Source of the DNA: an uncultured Candidatus Saccharibacteria bacterium
GTDB taxonomy: Bacteria > Patescibacteriota > Minisyncoccia > Phycocordibacterales > UBA9973
Assembly: GCA_964484865.1 (NCBI GenBank)
Contig: CAZAFG010000001.1
Span: forward strand, 24,804-63,129
Length of the DNA stretch: 38,326 nt
Reading direction: 5' to 3'
The notes under the pieces were generated by a model. It had not been told where the DNA came from. It saw nothing but the letters and a program-made list of their open reading frames with translations, and made no database searches. Of the stretch, positions 32,736 through 38,326 are shown piece by piece (position 1 is the stretch's first letter; every line of letters starts with the position of its first letter). The position numbers were made by a program, and so were the translations under genes.

Positions 32736-33710
32736 TTATTTATTCAAAATATTTTTAGGTACTTTGCCTTCAAAAAAATCAACGATATCTTGAGCCACGA
32801 TTTGCGCCATCTGCTCTCTGGCATCTAAGTTTGCCGAAGCGATATGCGGAGTCAGGATTATATTTGGCAGATCAACCAAGCCTTCCACTAATTTTGGTTC
32901 AAATTCAAACACATCGAGGGCAGCGCCTGCGATCACTTTATCTTTTAGCGCATCTCGCAGTGCATTTTCATCCACCACTGGGCCTCGGGAAGTATTGATC
33001 AAGAAACTTGTAGGTTTCATCAAAGATAATTTTTCTTTGTTGATCAAATGTTTAGTAGAAGGTAAAAGAGGTACATGCAAACTTACAAAGTCAGCTTGAG
33101 TTAAAACTTCATCCAAATTTTGGGCATATACCGCTCCGTATTCTTTTTCTAATTTTTCATTTTGAGAAATATCGGTATAAATTATTTTTAAACCCAAACC
33201 TTTAGCATAAAAAGCTACTTGCTCACCTATCCTGCCAGCGCCTACCAAACCTAAAGTCTTACCTAGAAAATCAGTACCTAGAAAATGCATAGGCTCCCAA
33301 CCAACATATTTACCACTTCGTACAAAGTGGTCTGCTTCTACTATCCTAGAAGATAGAGCTAGCAAAACGCCTATAGTGTGCTGAGCTACCGCAAGCGCCG
33401 AGAGTGGTGCCGGAGCGTTGGTAATAGTGACACCATAAGCTTTAGCATCTTCTAAATTTACATTGTCAAAACCAGTAGCATAATTTGCGAATATTTTTAC
33501 ACTTTTTGCTTTTTCAAAAATGTTTTTATCAATAGTATCGGTCAGTAAAGATATCACGCCGTCGTATTCTTTCTTGCTCAAGAAATCTATTATTTCTTCT
33601 TGGCTCAGCATCCTATCTAGTGGACTAACGACAACCTCAAAATCGTGATCTTTTAAAATCGACATGGCGTTATCGGGGATTTTCCGAGTTACAAAAATGT
33701 TTTTACTCAT
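32736..33710 (-). CDS. D-isomer-specific 2-hydroxyacid dehydrogenase (glycerate/hydroxypyruvate/phosphoglycerate dehydrogenase-like)
   Basis: Contains the NAD-binding GLVGAGRIGEQVA and catalytic-region LINTSRGPVVDENAL...LDVFEFEP...LTPHIAS. Confidence 0.9.
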   Translation of the reverse strand: MSKNIFVTRKIPDNAMSILKDHDFEVVVSPLDRMLSQEEIIDFLSKKEYDGVISLLTDTIDKNIFEKAKSVKIFANYATGFDNVNLEDAKAYGVTITNAPAPLSALAVAQHTIGVLLALSSRIVEADHFVRSGKYVGWEPMHFLGTDFLGKTLGLVGAGRIGEQVAFYAKGLGLKIIYTDISQNEKLEKEYGAVYAQNLDEVLTQADFVSLHVPLLPSTKHLINKEKLSLMKPTSFLINTSRGPVVDENALRDALKDKVIAGAALDVFEFEPKLVEGLVDLPNIILTPHIASANLDAREQMAQIVAQDIVDFFEGKVPKNILNK

Positions 33711-33716
33711 GACTCT

Positions 33717-33725
33717 ATTTTACCA
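33717..33725 (-). promoter_or_regulatory. Extended -10 box, apparent leaderless promoter of the glycolytic operon
   Basis: Minus strand reads TGG-TAAAAT-N6-ATG(33710). Confidence 0.55.
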
Positions 33726-33798
33726 CAAAAGCTTGACTAAAACAGGCTATTAGCCCAATATTTAACAAAATGTTCACAATCACCCAAAATAGCTTCCC

Positions 33799-34017
33799 AT
33801 GGAAAACAGCAATAAAATCCTAATTTGCACCATCGCATTATTACTTATCTTATTCTTTTTTTTAATGATTGGAGTCGCACTCGATTTCTTCATCAACAAG
33901 GATGAATCGAAGATTTTCCTAGCAGTATTAGCTTCCGGAATTGTTTCGGTTATCCTAATTCCTATAGCGGAAATAGAGAAAGAGTATACACCACGCTGGT
34001 ACGAAGATGCAGTCTAG
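33799..34017 (+). CDS. Small 2-TM membrane protein (hypothetical)
   Basis: 72-aa hydrophobic ORF sitting between a possible TTGACT-17-CAATAT promoter and a strong terminator. Confidence 0.5.
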   Translation: MENSNKILICTIALLLILFFFLMIGVALDFFINKDESKIFLAVLASGIVSVILIPIAEIEKEYTPRWYEDAV

Positions 34018-34046
34018 TAAAAGCCATCCGCAAGGATGGCTTTTTT
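34018..34046. terminator. Bidirectional Rho-independent terminator
   Basis: AAAAGCCATCC-gcaa-GGATGGCTTTTTT overlaps the metK stop codon. Confidence 0.75.
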
Positions 34047-34992
34047 AATCCCAAGAATTCCGGCGACCGTGGTGTCCAAAGCGAGCAAGGTCGGCGTACT
34101 TTACATTTTTTAAATCTAGGTGTTCACGGATACCTTTTGGAGTAAGATCGTATCCCGAAACTGGAGTTTCTTTACCGTCCAAAAACGCTGTCGCCATAAC
34201 TGGCTCTGGTAGGCCAATAGCATAAGCGAGGTGTACTAGGACTTCTTTCGCAGAATTCTGCCGTAGCAAGTCCACAGCTATTCTGCGGGCCATGTAGGCG
34301 CCAGAGCGGTCTACTTTGGTATAGTCCTTACCGGAAAATGAACCACCGCCCGCTCCGACTCTAGGACCATAATTATCGATAACTATTTTTCTACCAGAGA
34401 GGCCTGTGTCTGCATCAAAACCACCCAAGGACCACTCTCCTGCTGGGTTGATGATATATTTTTCAGAATTTATCTTTTCTTGTACTAGTTTCAGTAGCTC
34501 TGAGGTTTTAGTATTTTGAAAACTCACAACAACACAGAGAACTTTTCCATCCTCTACAGTAACCTGAGTCTTGCCATCATATGGATATACAGCGTAAATT
34601 TCTTTACATAGATTTCGAGCAAGTTCGTATTCTAGCGGCATTAAACTCGGAGTCTCATCACATGCATAACCCACCATGATACCCTGGTCTCCAGCACCTC
34701 CAGTATCTACTCCTTGAGCGATCTCAGGACTCTGGCGCACTAAATTTACGATGACTTTATATTCTTGATCATCGTGCTTGCCAACAATGTTTTTTACTTC
34801 GGATTCAATGTCTACAGTAGACAGTGAGGTGACTTCGCCGTTCACCACCATGAGCCCATGTCCGCCCATGACTTCGATAGCACAACGAGAAAATGGATCA
34901 CCGGCTAAAAATTTATCGAGCAAAGTATCGGCGACTATGTCGCAGATTTTATCTGGATGCCCGGGGCTTACAAACTCAGCTGTTCTTTGCAT
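34045..34992 (-). CDS. metK: S-adenosylmethionine synthetase, compact form (315 aa)
   Basis: Contains SPGHPDKICD, GAGDQGIMVGYACDET and GGGSFSGKDYTKVDRSGAY. Confidence 0.9.
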   Translation of the reverse strand: MQRTAEFVSPGHPDKICDIVADTLLDKFLAGDPFSRCAIEVMGGHGLMVVNGEVTSLSTVDIESEVKNIVGKHDDQEYKVIVNLVRQSPEIAQGVDTGGAGDQGIMVGYACDETPSLMPLEYELARNLCKEIYAVYPYDGKTQVTVEDGKVLCVVVSFQNTKTSELLKLVQEKINSEKYIINPAGEWSLGGFDADTGLSGRKIVIDNYGPRVGAGGGSFSGKDYTKVDRSGAYMARRIAVDLLRQNSAKEVLVHLAYAIGLPEPVMATAFLDGKETPVSGYDLTPKGIREHLDLKNVKYADLARFGHHGRRNSWD

Positions 34993-34999
34993 AGATCCA

Positions 35000-35008
35000 A
35001 ATATAACA
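35000..35008 (-). promoter_or_regulatory. Extended -10 box, apparent leaderless promoter of metK
   Basis: Minus strand reads TGT-TATATT-N7-ATG(34992). Confidence 0.55.
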
Positions 35009-35023
35009 TATTTAAATTAGGAA

Positions 35024-35058
35024 ATAAAAAAACCTGGCGTACGGAATTTTCGCCAGGT
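35024..35058 (-). terminator. Rho-independent terminator of the sigma/anti-sigma unit
   Basis: On the minus strand, ACCTGGCG-11 nt-CGCCAGGT is followed by TTTTTTTA. Confidence 0.7.
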
Positions 35059-35139
35059 CCTAGAAAGAAATCAATGCATAATAGGTGAAAGGCCTAAAAC
35101 TAGACTGATTATATACTTACTGTAAGTTAAGTCAATTGA

Positions 35140-36354
35140 CTAGAATTCACAAATTTGGACACACTGCATAGTGCAAATTGTCGCCTCAGGATTATTGCGG
35201 CAAGCGGATGCGCATTCATTCCAGGTGCCTCCGATAGATGAACACATAGCTCCATCTACACCCAAACATTCATCATAAGAAAGGTCATAAATACCACCAG
35301 ACTCTGTACAGTTTCTCGCTCGTTCAGCTTGAACTTTAAGATCCATTTCTGATGGTGTATTTTCAACTGGACCCATCTCATCAATTTCTCCCTTAACTTC
35401 ACCTTCGGATGTTTTTACTTCTACTTTAGAGTCGCAATCAAGACTCGGTCGCCATTCTCCTCGACAAAATATTTCTTCTCCGACAGCAGCACTAGGTAGA
35501 GAGAGTAAGGTTGCGGTTGGCTCCACTAGAGTTGAATCTACTTTTTCTTCAATTTTTTCTTCTTGAACTTCAACTTTTGGAGCAGGAACTTCTTCAGTGG
35601 TTGGAGTAAGAGTTTCCTCTACTTCTTCTGTTGGAGTATTTTTTGTTTCCTCCACTTCCTCCACAACATCTTCCTCAGATTTTACCTCTTCTTCTTTAAC
35701 TGATTCAACTGATTCATCCTTTCCGTCAACTGTAATAACACCATCTACTCGCTTAACTACAAGATTGGCGTCGTCACCTAAAATCACCAAAAGTTCTTCT
35801 TGGGCTTTTTCAATAATCTCTGCGCTTTCTTTGGCATCAGAATCTGCTACTAGCTTGGTCAAATTGTTGAGCGCTACTTCTACTCCAGCATTCTCTTCTT
35901 TTGAAAATTTAATAGTGTTTACTTGGCTCTCGGTGCCATCTTCAGGGGCTCGCACTAAAACTGTAGTTGCCTTGGCGGCGGAAAGAGTTTTTACTTCAAC
36001 TACTCGCTCTTCAGCAAACTTCAAACGGAGTTTGTCTTTTTCTTCTGGTGCAGCAACTTTAATTTGAAAATTCTCCACTGCTAAGTCAAGTGAAAAAAGA
36101 CGGCTACCAGGTGTCGCATGATCCGATGCTTTGATGACACCCGCCCCTCCTCCGAATACTAATAGGAAGAGAGCCATGGTTATGAAAGCAAACTTTCGAA
36201 TTTGAAAATTAAATATAGAAATATACGAGAAAGTATCTGGGTTGTTCACCAAGTTTAAATGTTTCGATAAGACGCTGTTCCAAATCGATGCTTTTTCATC
36301 ATCGTGGAGTTCCCGAAGTCTTATATTTTTTAATTTGTCTTCTAATTTATTCAT
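35140..36354 (-). CDS. Anti-sigma-factor-like single-pass membrane protein with DUF5667-like region, acidic linker and C-terminal 8-Cys ...CEF domain
   Basis: It overlaps the sigma gene by 8 nt (ATGAATAA). It has a short cytoplasmic N-terminus, a TM (FAFITMALFLLVFGGGAGV), a long E/V/T-rich linker, and the C-terminus CTESGGIYDLSYDECLGVDGAMCSSIGGTWNECASACRNNPEATICTMQCVQICEF. Confidence 0.7.
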   Translation of the reverse strand: MNKLEDKLKNIRLRELHDDEKASIWNSVLSKHLNLVNNPDTFSYISIFNFQIRKFAFITMALFLLVFGGGAGVIKASDHATPGSRLFSLDLAVENFQIKVAAPEEKDKLRLKFAEERVVEVKTLSAAKATTVLVRAPEDGTESQVNTIKFSKEENAGVEVALNNLTKLVADSDAKESAEIIEKAQEELLVILGDDANLVVKRVDGVITVDGKDESVESVKEEEVKSEEDVVEEVEETKNTPTEEVEETLTPTTEEVPAPKVEVQEEKIEEKVDSTLVEPTATLLSLPSAAVGEEIFCRGEWRPSLDCDSKVEVKTSEGEVKGEIDEMGPVENTPSEMDLKVQAERARNCTESGGIYDLSYDECLGVDGAMCSSIGGTWNECASACRNNPEATICTMQCVQICEF

Positions 36355-36862
36355 AAATATTTCCTAAACTTTCTTTCATTTTTTTTAGTGCACGATGATG
36401 TAATACTTTGGCGTTATTTTCTGAAAGTCCGAGCATTGCCGAAATCTCACCAAATTTCATATCTTCAAAGTATCGCAGTTCGAGCACGGCTCGTTCGTTT
36501 TTACTAAGATCACCTAGTCTAGCTAGTAATGTTCGGTAATCTTCCTTTTCTTTTTCATCGGCTGGAATGTCGTAAATCTCTTCCAGATCGACTTTACCAC
36601 TAGACCTATTTCGAGATTTGATCAGCTCTCTTCGCGCTATCTTGAAAAGGTAGGCAAAGAAATGCGCATCACTCATATAGATAAAGCGTGGGAGAGTCTT
36701 CCAAAAGGAAGAAAATATCTCCTGACATATGTCATGCGCTTCACCCTTATCTCTAATTCGTAAAAGAACGAAAGAATACAAGCGGTGTATCGTCAAATCA
36801 TAAATTTCTTTAAAGGCAGAATCGTCTATCTTTGCCCTCTCTATCATTTGCTCCAAATCCAT
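36347..36862 (-). CDS. ECF-type sigma-70 family RNA polymerase sigma factor
   Basis: 171 aa with a region 2 (DICQEIFSSFWKTL) and a region 4 HTH (ERAVLELRYFEDMKFGEISAMLGLSENNAKVLHHRALKKM). Confidence 0.9.
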   Translation of the reverse strand: MDLEQMIERAKIDDSAFKEIYDLTIHRLYSFVLLRIRDKGEAHDICQEIFSSFWKTLPRFIYMSDAHFFAYLFKIARRELIKSRNRSSGKVDLEEIYDIPADEKEKEDYRTLLARLGDLSKNERAVLELRYFEDMKFGEISAMLGLSENNAKVLHHRALKKMKESLGNIYE

Positions 36863-36915
36863 AAAATGACACTATTTATATGCCGATTTTTCGGCAAAAG
36901 GTTACAAAATATTAA

Positions 36916-37626
36916 TTAGATGACCTTTAAGCTTAAAATACTGCCGTCCTTGTCTAATTCGTAGGTAAATGCTCGTTTTTCCTCCATATGTCCATCTTCA
37001 TACACTATAAAACCAGTCTTTTTCGAGGTATCAAGATTTGATCGAAGATAAAACCAAGTTCCGCCTAGGGTTGCAGGTTTCGGAGCTAGAGTAGCGATAT
37101 TTTTCTTTAAGTATTCTTTCACAGCTACTCGCTCATCGAGCATCTTGCAGTCTACATCATTTAGGGTGAGTCCATCGATATAGGCAGTGCCTTCGCCAAA
37201 AACGATTTGGATTTTTTCAAATGCCTCCACACCTTCACCGAAAGTATGCCAAATAGCATCTATAGTACGAGACATGGACATCTTGTCGACGGGTGTCACA
37301 GTACCCTCATAAGCTCCTATTTTTTTATCTTTCTCAGCAGGCAAGTAATTTATCTCACCCATAACCATATCTTTATCTAAAGACATTCGAATATTATAAT
37401 CATCCTCCATTGCATTTTTAGGGTCGCCGGCAACTTTAATATATGCAAAGCAAAGTTCGATAACATTTTTATTTTCATCTTCATTCACAACAACCCGACT
37501 CTGGTCAGAGAGACCATCTTGGGTTTTATGTTTTATTCCAAACACCGAAAGAATCAAAGCCAAGAGTAACATCAAAACCAAGACACCATTTCGAACATTT
37601 TTATTTGTAATGTTTTTTTCTGCCAT
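36916..37626 (-). CDS. Membrane-anchored exported protein, paralog A (Cys-bracketed domain + C-terminal beta domain)
   Basis: MAEKN... TM, then LCFAY...AYEGTVTP...DVDC. This is homologous to the next gene. Confidence 0.72.
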   Translation of the reverse strand: MAEKNITNKNVRNGVLVLMLLLALILSVFGIKHKTQDGLSDQSRVVVNEDENKNVIELCFAYIKVAGDPKNAMEDDYNIRMSLDKDMVMGEINYLPAEKDKKIGAYEGTVTPVDKMSMSRTIDAIWHTFGEGVEAFEKIQIVFGEGTAYIDGLTLNDVDCKMLDERVAVKEYLKKNIATLAPKPATLGGTWFYLRSNLDTSKKTGFIVYEDGHMEEKRAFTYELDKDGSILSLKVI

Positions 37627-37632
37627 GAATCT

Positions 37633-37641
37633 ATTATAGCA
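37633..37641 (-). promoter_or_regulatory. Extended -10 box, apparent leaderless promoter
   Basis: Minus strand reads TGC-TATAAT-N6-ATG(37626). Confidence 0.6.
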
Positions 37642-37644
37642 TTT

Positions 37645-38151
37645 TTATGCTGCGCAGTCTGCTTTTTCATACACCACTCTAGTGGGGGTTTGGGTTTTGT
37701 CTGGTGCTAAGACACCTTGTGTATCTACTAATGGATAGCGAAGTTTAACCAAATTTCCACCTTCCATCTCATACACTTCTTCTTCGTATTGCTCCGAACC
37801 TTCGATAATGTAATCAAAAATCAGAGTTAAGAGCCCGTCTCGTTCACTACCTGTGAGAGTTCCCTCATAACCATTTGTCATATCAGGTCCGGCTTGAGTG
37901 CCTCGCTTGGTACCTACAAAGTTTGCGCCCATTTTCTCTAAGGTTATATACTCGTCCACTTTGTATGGACCGAGAGCAGTGGCAACTTGATGTCTTTCAT
38001 AGCAAAGTTTTTCGGAAGTCGGATTTTCTACCACAGGAGTATTTGGTACTTTCTGTTTGTAATCCAAGTACATAAACGACAGTATTACTAACAACAAAAT
38101 CGCACAAGTGATTAATATATTTTTTTTCATACTATTTTTATCCTCAGCCAT
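37645..38151 (-). CDS. Membrane-anchored exported protein, paralog B
   Basis: ORF 37645..38226 trimmed to ATG 38151 (MAEDKNSMKKNILITCAILLLVILSF), which follows TGG-TATAAT-N7. The ectodomain reads LCYER...GYEGTLTG...KADC. Confidence 0.7.
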   Translation of the reverse strand: MAEDKNSMKKNILITCAILLLVILSFMYLDYKQKVPNTPVVENPTSEKLCYERHQVATALGPYKVDEYITLEKMGANFVGTKRGTQAGPDMTNGYEGTLTGSERDGLLTLIFDYIIEGSEQYEEEVYEMEGGNLVKLRYPLVDTQGVLAPDKTQTPTRVVYEKADCAA

Positions 38152-38158
38152 ACGATTG

Positions 38159-38167
38159 ATTATACCA
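38159..38167 (-). promoter_or_regulatory. Extended -10 box, apparent leaderless promoter
   Basis: Minus strand reads TGG-TATAAT-N7-ATG(38151). Confidence 0.55.
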
Positions 38168-38326
38168 CCATGCCCTGTTGACTTCCTAAGGCAAAAGGTA
38201 TTTAATATATCCACATGCAAAAGCACACAAACAACATAATGATGCCTATGATGATGCGAACCCCTGCTAGGGAGTTGTTTGTTGCACTTCTCACGAATTA
38301 GAGAAATCCAGCAAAGAGCTCCTTAG

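Noticed and set aside
34993-35030. Expected SAM riboswitch or leader upstream of metK.
   Set aside because: Only about 38 nt separate metK from the upstream terminator, and that space is occupied by a -10 box 7 nt from the ATG. There is no room for a riboswitch.
38227-38326. Possible 3' end of another minus-strand gene (frame ending ...KELFAGFL-TAA at 38298) followed by a CACAAACAAC/GTTGTTTGT stem.
   Set aside because: Only 9 codons are visible and another frame is also open. That is insufficient to call a feature.

Overview
AT-rich, tightly packed, mostly minus-strand bacterial window. It holds 48 CDS with in-window stops, a 3'-truncated mreB at the left edge, and one tRNA-Ile; I saw no rRNA, CRISPR array or transposase. 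The gene content points to a reduced-genome monoderm lineage such as CPR/Patescibacteria, but this is inference with no database search. Supporting traits are compact MetK and ATP synthase delta, many small membrane or DUF-like proteins, a PaaX-like regulator, VKOR, an RRM protein, and no Shine-Dalgarno motifs. Core blocks: divergent mreB/priA; rsmI; a complete F1Fo ATP synthase operon (atpZ-like-BEFHAGDC) directly behind tRNA-Ile; an ABC-F ATPase; a DNA-repair/oxidoreductase group; a lower-glycolysis operon (2-hydroxyacid dehydrogenase, a phosphoglycerate mutase-pyruvate kinase fusion, enolase, then TspO, a membrane protein and DUF167); metK; and an ECF sigma/anti-sigma pair with two tandem paralogous exported proteins. 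Accessory-looking parts: (1) 23095-27675, a zeta-toxin-like kinase followed by an unlisted 55-aa ORF, a small basic protein, and a 1027-aa single-chain type IIG-like restriction-modification enzyme; (2) 18310-20055, small genes with canonical -35/-10 promoters and one GC-rich HTH gene; (3) a PaaX-like gene bracketed by two copies of a 35-nt GC-loop hairpin. Two window-wide signals stand out. About 20 transcription units carry an extended -10 box exactly 6-8 nt upstream of the start codon, which looks like leaderless mRNA. None of the 48 stop codons is TGA. All product calls come from motif recognition by eye and should be confirmed by profile searches.
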